A DNA stretch of 46,426 bases from Deltaproteobacteria bacterium (GTDB lineage: Bacteria; Myxococcota_A; UBA9042; DTJE01): assembly GCA_016784945.1 (NCBI GenBank), contig JADHTP010000001.1, positions 1 to 46,426 of the forward strand, given 5' to 3'. A program made the translations under genes and the position numbers. This document shows positions 35,906-44,182 of this stretch, piece after piece (the first letter of the stretch is position 1; the number at the start of each line of letters is the position of its first letter). Below the pieces are notes generated by a model. It saw only the letters and a list, made by a program, of their open reading frames with translations, made no database searches and was not told the DNA's origin.

Positions 35906-37334
35906 TCGGGGGACTTGGGACATCAACGCAACGTCATCAGTCACGGGCCGAGGGGTCCTGTTCCAGGCCCTGGTGGTGCTCCTGCTCACGGCCCTTGCCC
36001 TAACAGCCATGGCCCGTGGCGGGGACCGCACCAGGCCCGTTCCCGACGACCCGAGATGCGGACGTTTCGGTTATGCCCGGAGCGTTCCCATGCCTCTCAT
36101 TCCCGTCGCCTGGCCCCTGATCCAGGACCTCAGCCGGCACGGAGAACTGGAAGGGGTGACCGAAAGGCTCTCCCGGGCCATCGCCAATGACCTGGGTCTC
36201 TCCGGCGTCTTCCTGATCCGCTCCCGCGAGTCCCGCCCCACGTCATCCATGATCACCTGGAACTCGGCGCTGGCCTTCGACTACCTGGGATGGCGACAGG
36301 CCAGGGCCTGGATGGTGGTGGTGGGCGAGGTCGCACCGAACGGTGATGGCAACCTGCGGGTCCGGCTGGATGGGTACCTGACCGAAGAAGCCGACATCCT
36401 CGGGATCGGAAACGCTGAAAAAGTGCTTTCCCCGGCAAACGTGGAGGACTTCGGTCACCAGTATGTCAACGCTCTGCTCCAGTGCATCACGGGACTGTCG
36501 GGCACCTTTGGCAGCCGGATCACCTATTCCCACCGGCCCCGCGCCGGTGCGGCCAAGGAAATCTTCTTCGTGGAGTTCGGGTCCACCGATCCGGTCCAGG
36601 TGAGCCGGGACGGGTCCGTGGCCATGCTGCCCGCCTGGGCCCCCGGTGGGGGTATCGCCTTCACCGGTTTCCAGGAGGGCAACCCTGACGTGTACCTGGC
36701 CGACTGCCCCGGATGCCCCCAAGGGGGGGTCCGGCAACTGTCCGCCCGACAGGGGATGAACTCGGGCATCGCGTTTTCCCCCAGGGGTGGTCTGGCGGCC
36801 CTCACCATGGCGCCAGACGGCAACCCGGACATCTACCTTATCGACGGGAAGACGGGGGACGCCATGGCGCGCCTGACCACCTCGGGGTCCATCGACACGA
36901 GCCCGGCCTGGTCACCGGACGGCCGGCGGATCGCCTTCGTTTCCGACCGTCGCGGGAGCCCCCAGATCTGGGTCATGAACTCCGATGGCACGGAGCAGCG
37001 GCCACTGCCCCTGTCCGGCAGTTACAACACCAGTCCGGACTGGTCCCCCGACGGCGCGGAGATCGTCTACCAGTGCCGGGTGGGCGGCAGACGCTTTACA
37101 ATAAAGGTCTACAATCTCCTGACCGGCGCGGTGAGAGTCCTCACGAGGGGCGCGAGCAGCGAGGAACCGTCCTGGTCACCGGACGCGCGAATGATCGTGT
37201 ACACGCACCAGGCCCGGGGTCCCAAGGAACTCTGGATGATGACCCGGGACGGAACCGGGGCCCGACCCCTCCTCGACGGCCCCGGGGAGTATTTCACGCC
37301 GGCCTGGGAGCGACCCTTCTCCGGGAACCGCTGA
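35799..37334 (+). CDS. tolB: Tol-Pal system beta-propeller protein TolB (start uncertain)
   Basis: Beta-propeller repeats are present: PAWAPGGGIAFTG, GNPDIYLIDGKTG, SPAWSPDGRRIAFVSDRRGSPQIWVMNSDGT, SPDWSPDGAEIVY and EPSWSPDARMIVY. The signal-like segment is VLFQALVVLLLTALALTAMA. No ATG/GTG/TTG lies in frame between the tolA-like stop (35905) and this segment. The options are the GTG at 35799 or the ATG at 35832 (about 100 nt overlap with the upstream gene), or the GTG at 35973 inside the hydrophobic core. Confidence 0.8.
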   Translation: MKAGWRTCRPPMPGPSSTSTPGAWWWTWTGPCSGSDRGTWDINATSSVTGRGVLFQALVVLLLTALALTAMARGGDRTRPVPDDPRCGRFGYARSVPMPLIPVAWPLIQDLSRHGELEGVTERLSRAIANDLGLSGVFLIRSRESRPTSSMITWNSALAFDYLGWRQARAWMVVVGEVAPNGDGNLRVRLDGYLTEEADILGIGNAEKVLSPANVEDFGHQYVNALLQCITGLSGTFGSRITYSHRPRAGAAKEIFFVEFGSTDPVQVSRDGSVAMLPAWAPGGGIAFTGFQEGNPDVYLADCPGCPQGGVRQLSARQGMNSGIAFSPRGGLAALTMAPDGNPDIYLIDGKTGDAMARLTTSGSIDTSPAWSPDGRRIAFVSDRRGSPQIWVMNSDGTEQRPLPLSGSYNTSPDWSPDGAEIVYQCRVGGRRFTIKVYNLLTGAVRVLTRGASSEEPSWSPDARMIVYTHQARGPKELWMMTRDGTGARPLLDGPGEYFTPAWERPFSGNR

Positions 37335-37346
37335 GGGAGGCCGACG

Positions 37347-38693
37347 GTGCGCCTGAAATGGCCCGATATCCTGAAACACGACGCAACCGGGAAGGCACAG
37401 CCCCTTTGGGTGCGGGCCGTGGTGGTGTCCGTATGGGCCCTGTGCGCCTCCCAGGTTCTGTGGACCGCCCGACGGTTCCTCGTGGAGGACCTCTGGCGAC
37501 CCGATCCCGGGGCCGATATCCTGGTGATGGCCGCGTTGGCCGCGGGATGCGCCCTGGCCCTGGCTTCAAGGAAACGGGCCGCCGCGGAACTGGCCGGTTG
37601 GGCGGCCCTGTCCGAAGTGGTCCTGGTGGACTGGACCCAGGGCGCCCGGCTCTGGTCCCGGGTGCCCGAGGCCGTCGGATGGCTGCTGGCGGCGGTCCTT
37701 CTCCTGCTGGCCGGCAAACGGATTTTCGTCAGAAAGGCCCCCCGGGTGCGGAACACTCTGGGGGACCTGGCAGGGGCATTGCGGGCGACACTCGCCCTCT
37801 TCCTGGTCCTCGATCTCGCCGCCGCCGCGTGGATCCACGGTAACAACCCGCGGGCCATGATCACCACGGAGCCACCCCCGACCATGACCACCGTGCAAGT
37901 GGAAGGCCTGCCCACGGTCGCCACCCTGGGCAGTTCACCGGCCAACTACGAACGGGATTTCCAGAAACCCTTCAGCCTGATCCTGGCCCATCGCTTCCAG
38001 GGCCGTCTCAACTTCGTAAGTTCCGGGGAAGGCGGCGTGAATTCGGACAAGCTGGTGGCCATGGCCCGCCGACTGGTGGACTCGGACCAACGGCCCGATG
38101 GCTTTCTGGTCTACGCCGGGCACGAGGATTTCGACGACTATGCCGGCCTCAAGTTCCTGGTGGACCTGGACCCCGTGGGGCGTTCCGAGGCGACCCGGGC
38201 CGCAGTGGCCTGGGTGCTCCGCCATTCGGCCCTTGTCAGATTGAGCCTCTTCCACCTGTGGATGTGGAACTTCGACTTCTTCGCCGCGCCCGCCGGGGAG
38301 CGGGCCCGGGCCGTATTCCCCCACATGCGGGACAACCTGGAGGCCATACTGGGACTCGCCGCGGACCACGGGATACGGGTTTTCGTGGTCACGCTCCACG
38401 CCGACTGGTCCCTCACGCCCCTGGGGCATCGCGAATACGTGGGACTGTTGAACGACTGGTACCGATCCCTTCTCGCACGGTACCCCCACGTGTCCCTGGT
38501 GGACTTCGAACAGGCCGCCCGGACGCGTTATCCCGACGGGCCGCTGGCCGATTGCGAACCCTTTGAAACCCCACTGCCCGGCAGGGACGGTTGCACCAAC
38601 GCCTTCCACATGAGTTCCGTGGGACACACCCTGATCGCCGACCTCGTGGAACCCGTCCTCGACCATTGGGTGGAGTCCAGGCAGTCGCCATGA
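37347..38693 (+). CDS. Membrane-anchored SGNH/GDSL-hydrolase-like protein
   Basis: GTG at 37347 after GGAGG, 12 nt after the tolB stop. It has about 4 N-terminal TM segments. The soluble domain has SGNH-like blocks: TLGSSPA (block I Ser), SSGEGGVNS (block II Gly), VYAGHEDF (block III) and NAFHMSSVGH (block V His). The blocks are degenerate, so the call is tentative. Confidence 0.4.
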   Translation: MRLKWPDILKHDATGKAQPLWVRAVVVSVWALCASQVLWTARRFLVEDLWRPDPGADILVMAALAAGCALALASRKRAAAELAGWAALSEVVLVDWTQGARLWSRVPEAVGWLLAAVLLLLAGKRIFVRKAPRVRNTLGDLAGALRATLALFLVLDLAAAAWIHGNNPRAMITTEPPPTMTTVQVEGLPTVATLGSSPANYERDFQKPFSLILAHRFQGRLNFVSSGEGGVNSDKLVAMARRLVDSDQRPDGFLVYAGHEDFDDYAGLKFLVDLDPVGRSEATRAAVAWVLRHSALVRLSLFHLWMWNFDFFAAPAGERARAVFPHMRDNLEAILGLAADHGIRVFVVTLHADWSLTPLGHREYVGLLNDWYRSLLARYPHVSLVDFEQAARTRYPDGPLADCEPFETPLPGRDGCTNAFHMSSVGHTLIADLVEPVLDHWVESRQSP

Positions 38694-38759
38694 GAAGGTC
38701 TGTGCCCGGGCTGGGCAATCCGGGTTAAGATGTCCCGGTGATTTTTTTGGGAGGCGGCG

Positions 38760-38921
38760 GTGGGCCGACGGCTCGATCTGGTCAGGGACCTGGGACGCAT
38801 GGTGTGGCGCCGCAAGCTCTGGATCATGGTCCCTTTCCTGTCGTTCCTGCTGTTCGGCATGTTCCTCCTGGTGGTGGTGGAGTCCCCCGCACTCCTCCCC
38901 TTCTTCTATGCCATTTTCTGA
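38760..38921 (+). CDS. 53-aa DUF5989/SxtK-like small membrane protein (below the ORF-track length cutoff)
   Basis: The GTG at 38760 is 5 nt after TGGGAGG, with an in-frame stop upstream at 38739-38741. The translation is (M)GRRLDLVRDLGRMVWRRKLWIMVPFLSFLLFGMFLLVVVESPALLPFFYAIF*. A basic amphipathic N-terminus with W-x-R-R-K-x-W, one TM segment and a C-terminal P-F-x-Y-x-x-F match my recollection of the DUF5989 family. That family is typically encoded beside carbamoyltransferase and SxtJ genes. Confidence 0.6.
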   Translation: MGRRLDLVRDLGRMVWRRKLWIMVPFLSFLLFGMFLLVVVESPALLPFFYAIF

Positions 38922-38934
38922 AGGCAGGTGACCC

Positions 38935-39717
38935 TTGGCGTCGGACGGAACGCTCGACACAGCCGTTGTTCTCTTTTCCGGCGGTCCCCGCTCCACCCTG
39001 GCGGCCATCCGTACGGGCCTGCGCTTTCAACGGGTTCACCTGGTCACCATGACGCACAAGGGGTATTCGGGCTCCACGCACCTGGCTGCCCAGGCCCAGG
39101 GGATCGCCCGCTTCTTTGGCGACCCGGACCGTTTCGTCCACCGGCGAGTCCCCGTGGACCGCCTCGTGAGACTGGTGACCAACGGTCATCGGTGGCGGAA
39201 TCTGAAACGACACGGACTGCTGTCCCTGGCGCCCTGCGGCCTGTGTCGACTGGCGGTCCACTGGCGCGCCCTGGTCTACTGCCTGGACAACGGCATCGGA
39301 CACCTGGCTGACGGCCTGGTTCCCGGGGTGGGCACGCGTCCCGGCGGCTATGGCCCCATCGGCCTTGACCGGCTGCGCGAGGTACACGGGGATTTCGGTG
39401 TCCATTACGAAACGCCCCTTTACGACCTGGGTGTTCAGGCCGAAAAGGAACTGGAAAGACTGCGTTTTACCGGTGCGCCGGGGGAAGGAACCGGGACCGG
39501 CGGCCACCACGGGTTCTGCAAACTGGAGAAACTGGATGCCCTGTTCAGGCGCGCCTGCATCGGCTATCAGCGTCTCGATCGCATGGAAAGCCGGATGACA
39601 GCCGTGGTGGACGACGGTCTGGCCCGCATCCGGGACTGGACCAGGGAATACGCGGAGTCCGGCGCACGGTCCCGACTCGCGGCCTGCCTCGACCAGGGGG
39701 GGCCATGGGCACCATGA
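38935..39717 (+). CDS. PP-loop (adenine nucleotide alpha-hydrolase superfamily) ATP-pyrophosphatase-like protein
   Basis: TTG at 38935 after AAGGCAGG, 260 aa. The N-terminus TAVVLFSGGPRSTLAA resembles the PP-loop SGGxDS, but with Arg in place of Asp. A downstream PCGLCRLAVHWRALVYCLDNGIGHLADG resembles the CxxC...(A/G)xGH segment of TilS/TtcA/QueC-type enzymes. Confidence 0.5.
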   Translation: MASDGTLDTAVVLFSGGPRSTLAAIRTGLRFQRVHLVTMTHKGYSGSTHLAAQAQGIARFFGDPDRFVHRRVPVDRLVRLVTNGHRWRNLKRHGLLSLAPCGLCRLAVHWRALVYCLDNGIGHLADGLVPGVGTRPGGYGPIGLDRLREVHGDFGVHYETPLYDLGVQAEKELERLRFTGAPGEGTGTGGHHGFCKLEKLDALFRRACIGYQRLDRMESRMTAVVDDGLARIRDWTREYAESGARSRLAACLDQGGPWAP

Positions 39718-40043
39718 GGACCGGCGCATACAGGGGGTGGGCTACGGCCGTCTGCCTTGTGGCGGTGATGCTGCCCTTTGGTCCACGGCTCGTCCTGTCC
39801 AGGGTCCTGGGCTTTCTGTCGAATCCATCTTCAGCCCGTTCTTCGCCCCTGTTCCAGCGCCACATGCGGCTGTGGAACCGGGTGGTGCTGGGCTTCGTGT
39901 TCGTTCTGGGCTTCCCCCTGGCGCGGATCTTCTATCCACTCTGGTCCCGATCACGCCTGTCCCCGGGACCGGGCGCCCATAGCTACTGGATCCGGCGCCC
40001 ACCGCCGGAGGAGTTCGAAAAAGGGATCAAGGACCCGTTCTGA
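39705..40043 (+). CDS. SxtJ-like small membrane protein
   Basis: The ATG at 39705 overlaps the PP-loop gene by 13 nt. It is 112 aa with two hydrophobic segments (WATAVCLVAVMLPFG and WNRVVLGFVFVLGFPLARIF). The C-terminal HSYWIRRPP fits my recollection of the SYW motif of the SxtJ family. It sits immediately upstream of the carbamoyltransferase. Confidence 0.5.
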   Translation: MGTMRTGAYRGWATAVCLVAVMLPFGPRLVLSRVLGFLSNPSSARSSPLFQRHMRLWNRVVLGFVFVLGFPLARIFYPLWSRSRLSPGPGAHSYWIRRPPPEEFEKGIKDPF

Positions 40044-40052
40044 GGTGACCGT

Positions 40053-41795
40053 GTGAACGTCCTGGGGCTCTCGTTCATGTACCACGACTCAGCCGCCTGC
40101 CTGCTGAAGGACGGCATCGTGGTGGCCGCGGCCGCAGAGGAACGATTCTCCCGCAAGAAGCACTCCCTGGATTTCCCCACCGGCGCCATCCGGTCGTGCC
40201 TATCCCTGGGCGATGTCCCCGTGGACGCCCTGGATGCCGTGGTGTTCTACGAAAAGCCTCTGCTCAAGTTCGAGCGCATCGTGACCATGAACTCGGGCGC
40301 CTTTCCCCGTGGCTTCGCCCTGTTCGCCGATGCCATGCCCCTGTGGCTCAAATACAAGCTGTTCATCCGAGAGATGATCCGCACCAACCTGGGGTATGGG
40401 GGCGACGTGTTCTTCGCCGACCACCACTATGCCCACGCATCCAGCGCGTTCTTCCCATCGGGCTTCGACGAGGCGGCCGTCCTGACCATGGACGGCGTGG
40501 GCGAGTGGGCCACCATGACCCGGGGACGGGGGGAGGGCAACCGGATCCACCTGACCCACGAACTCCGATACCCCCACAGCCTGGGGCTGCTGTACAGCAC
40601 CGTGACCGCCTTCCTGGGATTCAGGGTGAACAGCGGCGAAGGCAAGGTCATGGGCCTGTCGTCCTACGGGAATCCGACCTTCCGGGACCGACTGCTGGAC
40701 AGGGTGATCGACCTGCGGGACGACGGAAGCTTCCGCCTCAACCTGGACTATTTCTCGTTCCACCGGGACCTGGTGATGTACAGCCCCCGTTTCGTGGACG
40801 AGTTCGGCGAGCCCCGCAAGCCCGAATCGGACATCACGGCCCGGGACGAGGACCTGGCCTGCTCCCTCCAGGACGTGGTCAACACCGCGTGTCTCAATGC
40901 CGCCGCCCACGTGGGTCGTGAAACCGGTTCCCGGCGCCTCTGCATCGCCGGCGGCGTGGGCCTGAACAGCGTGGCCAACGGGCGGATCCTGGAAGAGGGG
41001 GACTTCGACGAGGTCTTCATCCAGCCCGCCTCCGGCGACGACGGCGGGGCCATCGGGAGTGCGCTGTTCTACTATCACCAGGTGCTCGGGAACCCCCGCC
41101 GGTGGCACATGGAACACGCCTTCCTGGGTTCCGCCGACGACCCCGACGAGGTTCAGCGGTTTCTGGATGCCAGGGGAATGCCCTACCGCCGGTTCGAACG
41201 GACAGAGGATCTCGTGGAACGGGCGGCCTCGGACCTGGCCCGAGGACGGATCGTGGGGTGGTGCCGGGGAAGGATGGAGTATGGCCCCCGGGCCCTGGGC
41301 AATCGGTCCATCCTGGCCAGCCCCACCATCGACGGAATGCAGGACGTGATGAACGAGCGGGTCAAGCACCGCGAGTCGTTTCGGCCCTTTGCGCCCGCCG
41401 TGCTGCTGGAACGGGTGGGGGAATTCTTCGACCCGCCCTTCGGAAGCCCATTCATGCTGCTCGTGGCTCGCACACGGCCCGACAAGAAAGACGTCCTGGG
41501 CGCCGTCACCCACGTGGACGGGACGGCGCGCCTCCAGACCGTGGACAAAACACACAATCCCCGTTTCCACGACCTGATCGCACGTTTCGGTGAAACGACC
41601 GGGGTCCCCGTGCTCCTGAACACCTCCTTCAACATCCGCGGGGAACCCATCGTCCGTGACTGCGGCGACGCCCTGACCTGTTTCCTGAACACGGGCATTG
41701 ACTGCCTGGCCCTGGAGGACTGTTACCTCGTCAAGGAAGAGGACCCCGGCGACGGGAAGACCCGGCGACTGCTGCCGCCCCTGGAGTGGGAATGA
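40053..41795 (+). CDS. NodU/CmcH/SxtI-family carbamoyltransferase
   Basis: GTG at 40053 after GAGGTG, 580 aa. (M)NVLGLSFMYHDSAACLLKDGIVVAAAAEERFSRKKH is the hallmark N-terminus. Also present are HHYAHASSAF, LTMDGVGEW, GKVMGLSSYG, GGVGLNSVANG, the C-terminal domain RMEYGPRALGNRSILA and LLNTSFNIRGEPIV. Confidence 0.9.
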   Translation: MNVLGLSFMYHDSAACLLKDGIVVAAAAEERFSRKKHSLDFPTGAIRSCLSLGDVPVDALDAVVFYEKPLLKFERIVTMNSGAFPRGFALFADAMPLWLKYKLFIREMIRTNLGYGGDVFFADHHYAHASSAFFPSGFDEAAVLTMDGVGEWATMTRGRGEGNRIHLTHELRYPHSLGLLYSTVTAFLGFRVNSGEGKVMGLSSYGNPTFRDRLLDRVIDLRDDGSFRLNLDYFSFHRDLVMYSPRFVDEFGEPRKPESDITARDEDLACSLQDVVNTACLNAAAHVGRETGSRRLCIAGGVGLNSVANGRILEEGDFDEVFIQPASGDDGGAIGSALFYYHQVLGNPRRWHMEHAFLGSADDPDEVQRFLDARGMPYRRFERTEDLVERAASDLARGRIVGWCRGRMEYGPRALGNRSILASPTIDGMQDVMNERVKHRESFRPFAPAVLLERVGEFFDPPFGSPFMLLVARTRPDKKDVLGAVTHVDGTARLQTVDKTHNPRFHDLIARFGETTGVPVLLNTSFNIRGEPIVRDCGDALTCFLNTGIDCLALEDCYLVKEEDPGDGKTRRLLPPLEWE

Positions 41796-43132
41796 GGAAG
41801 AAACCGGCCACCGGCGCCTTTGGACAGCAGCACGGAACCCGGCGATCGCGGTCCCTGCTGCGCGCTCTGTCGGGTCTCGAGGCCCCGGAGGTCATGGATC
41901 ACCAGTCCGACTTCCCAGTGGTCCTGAGCAAGGCCACGGGCGCCCGGGTCCAGGACGTGGACGGCAACCGCTATATCGACCTAGGCGGCTTCTTCGGCGT
42001 GGCCGTGGCGGGCCACCGGAACCGGGCCGTGGTGGCGGCCCTGCGTAAACAGGCGGGACGCCTGCTCCACGGCATGGGCGACGTACATCCCACGGACACC
42101 AAGGCCCGCTTCCTGTCCAGACTGTCCCGGTGCCTGCCCGCCTCCGACTATCGAGCGGTGTTGTCCCTCAACGGGTCCGACGCCGTGGAGTGCGCACTCA
42201 AGTTCGCCGCCGCGGCCACGGGCCGCCCCGGGGTCATCGCCTTTGAGGGCGCCTACCACGGCCTCACTGCCGGTGCCCTGGAGGTCACCGCCCACGACAT
42301 GTTCCGGCGACCCTTCGCGCCCACCCTGCAGGGACGCGGGTCCTTCGTGCCCTTCCCCACGGACGAGGGGGAGGCCCGGGCCGACAGGGTGCTGAAGACC
42401 ATCCGGGAAAAGGCCAGGTCGGGGGAAAAGAAGAGTCATCCCATAGGCGCCATCATCGTGGAGCCCATCCAGGGCCGGGGGGGAATCCGCGTCCCGCCTC
42501 CGGGATTCCTGGCCGACCTGTCGGACCTGGCGGGCCGGGAAGGCCTGGTGCTCATCGCGGACGAGATCTACTCCGGCGTGGGGCGGACCGGGACCTTCCT
42601 CGCCGGCGACCACGAGGGCCTGGTCCCCGACGTGGTCTGCCTGGGAAAGTCACTGGGCGGCGGGATGCCCCTGTCGGCCTGCCTGCTGAGGCAGCCCGTG
42701 GCCGAGGCGGTCCAGGGCACGCCCACGGAGGCGGTACATACTTCCACCTTCCTGGGCCATCCCCTGGCCTGCGCCGCGGGACTGGCCGTACTGGGCGAAA
42801 TGGAACGAAGGGACCTCTACACAGCGGCAACCCGGATCGGGACCTCCCTGATGTGGCGGGCCCGGTCCTGGAAGGAGCGCTTCGCCGGGGTGCGGGACGT
42901 ACGGGGCAGGGGCGCCATGGTGGGGGTGGAACTGGCCGACAGGGACGGCGGACCCGGCTCGGACGCCGCCATGGCGGTCTGCGACAGGGCCCTCAACCAG
43001 GGCGTGATCCTGCTCCCCGCCGGCGGGGAAGGGAACGTGCTGACCTTCACCCCTCCCCTGGTGATCACCGGAAAGGATCTGGACAGGGCCCTGGACACGG
43101 TGGAAGAAGGTCTGAAAGAGGTCCTGGACTGA
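41792..43132 (+). CDS. Class-III (omega-type) PLP-dependent aminotransferase
   Basis: The ATG at 41792 overlaps the carbamoyltransferase stop (ATGA). Motifs are GARVQDVDGNRYIDLGGFFGVAVAGHRN, NGSDAVECALKFA, AFEGAYHG, EPIQGRGG and LIADEIYSGVGRTGTFLAGDHEGLVPDVVCLGKSLGGGMPLSA (the Schiff-base Lys is in LGKSLGGG). Confidence 0.88.
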   Translation: MRKKPATGAFGQQHGTRRSRSLLRALSGLEAPEVMDHQSDFPVVLSKATGARVQDVDGNRYIDLGGFFGVAVAGHRNRAVVAALRKQAGRLLHGMGDVHPTDTKARFLSRLSRCLPASDYRAVLSLNGSDAVECALKFAAAATGRPGVIAFEGAYHGLTAGALEVTAHDMFRRPFAPTLQGRGSFVPFPTDEGEARADRVLKTIREKARSGEKKSHPIGAIIVEPIQGRGGIRVPPPGFLADLSDLAGREGLVLIADEIYSGVGRTGTFLAGDHEGLVPDVVCLGKSLGGGMPLSACLLRQPVAEAVQGTPTEAVHTSTFLGHPLACAAGLAVLGEMERRDLYTAATRIGTSLMWRARSWKERFAGVRDVRGRGAMVGVELADRDGGPGSDAAMAVCDRALNQGVILLPAGGEGNVLTFTPPLVITGKDLDRALDTVEEGLKEVLD

Positions 43133-43144
43133 CGGCGGGCGCCA

Positions 43145-44182
43145 ATGATCGATCCAACACTGGTGAATCGGATACGCGAGTTCATCGGGTCGGCACGGGA
43201 CCCGGATGACGGGGCCTTCGTGACCCTGTGCCGTGCCGTGGCCCGTGCCCAGGGCCGCCTTGGCGCCGGGTCCGGTCTCGAAGCCATCGAGCCGGTCCCC
43301 GAAGGGGCCTTCAAGCTGTCAGATGTGGCCCACTTCCCCAGGTCCCGGGCCCAGGCCACTTTTCGGACGTCGGGCACCACCACGGGACGGCCCGGCCTTC
43401 ACCTGGTGCGGGACATGGACCTCTACCGCCGTTCTGCCCTGGCGGGATTCGAGCGCTACCTCCTGTATCCCCCCCGGCCCGGCCGGTTCGTCAGCCTCAT
43501 TCCCCCGGCCCCACAACGGCCCGGCTCCTCCCTGTCCCACATGGTGTCCATGGTGATGGAGGCCTTTGCCGGTGAGCAGGCCACCTTCGCGAGGAAAGGC
43601 AACGCACTGGCTCTGACACCCCTGATGGCCGCGGTCCGGGAGGCGGTGGATTCCCGTGAACCACTGGTGCTCCTGGGAACAAGCCTGGATTTACTTACCC
43701 TGTTCGAGGCTCTGGAACATTCGAACACGGCAAACGTGGCCCTCCCACGGGGCAGCCGGGTCATGCACACCGGGGGTGACAAGGCCAGCGGGCGGGCCAT
43801 CACACGGGAGAAAATCTGGCAGGGTCTTGACCGTTATTTCCAGATCCCACCGGAGGACGTGGTGGAAGAGTTCGGCATGACCGAACTTTTGTCCCAGGCC
43901 TACGATGCGCCCCGCGTGGTCCCCGGACAGCGACGACTGGTGCCGGTCCCTTGGATGCGCACCCGCGTGCTGGATCCCACAACCTTCACCGAGGTGGATT
44001 CGGGCAGCCGCGGCCTGCTGTGCCACTACGACCTGGCCAACTGCCACACAGCGGTGGCCGTGCTCACCAGCGACCTGGGGCTGCGGATCAACGAAGGCTT
44101 CAGTCACATCCACCGGGTGCCCGGGTCCACGCCCAGGGGCTGCTCACACGAGGCCGCTCGAGGGGTTCGTACCCATGTCTGA
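43145..44182 (+). CDS. LuxE-like acyl-protein synthetase (adenylate-forming, PaaK/LuxE clade)
   Basis: ATG at 43145, 345 aa. The TSGTTG-type motif is FRTSGTTTGRPGLHLVRDMDLY. Also present are GGDKASGR and EEFGMTELLSQAY. Length and motif order fit the LuxE family as I remember it. Its end overlaps the next gene by 8 nt. Confidence 0.6.
   Translation: MIDPTLVNRIREFIGSARDPDDGAFVTLCRAVARAQGRLGAGSGLEAIEPVPEGAFKLSDVAHFPRSRAQATFRTSGTTTGRPGLHLVRDMDLYRRSALAGFERYLLYPPRPGRFVSLIPPAPQRPGSSLSHMVSMVMEAFAGEQATFARKGNALALTPLMAAVREAVDSREPLVLLGTSLDLLTLFEALEHSNTANVALPRGSRVMHTGGDKASGRAITREKIWQGLDRYFQIPPEDVVEEFGMTELLSQAYDAPRVVPGQRRLVPVPWMRTRVLDPTTFTEVDSGSRGLLCHYDLANCHTAVAVLTSDLGLRINEGFSHIHRVPGSTPRGCSHEAARGVRTHV

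Noticed and set aside
37347-38693. Gene downstream of tolB as pal or cpoB/ybgF
   Set aside because: It has no lipobox and no OmpA-like peptidoglycan-binding motif. It also lacks the TPR/coiled-coil content of CpoB. It has 4 N-terminal TM helices and SGNH-like blocks instead.
38738-39052. 104-aa plus-strand track ORF spanning the DUF5989 and PP-loop gene starts
   Set aside because: The G/P-rich translation has no motifs. It overlaps two better-supported frames, each with its own RBS.
43905-44174. N-terminal 90-codon extension of the LuxC-like ORF
   Set aside because: It lies inside the LuxE-like gene in another frame and has W/C/P/T-rich composition. The ATG at 44175 gives the usual short overlap with the upstream stop.
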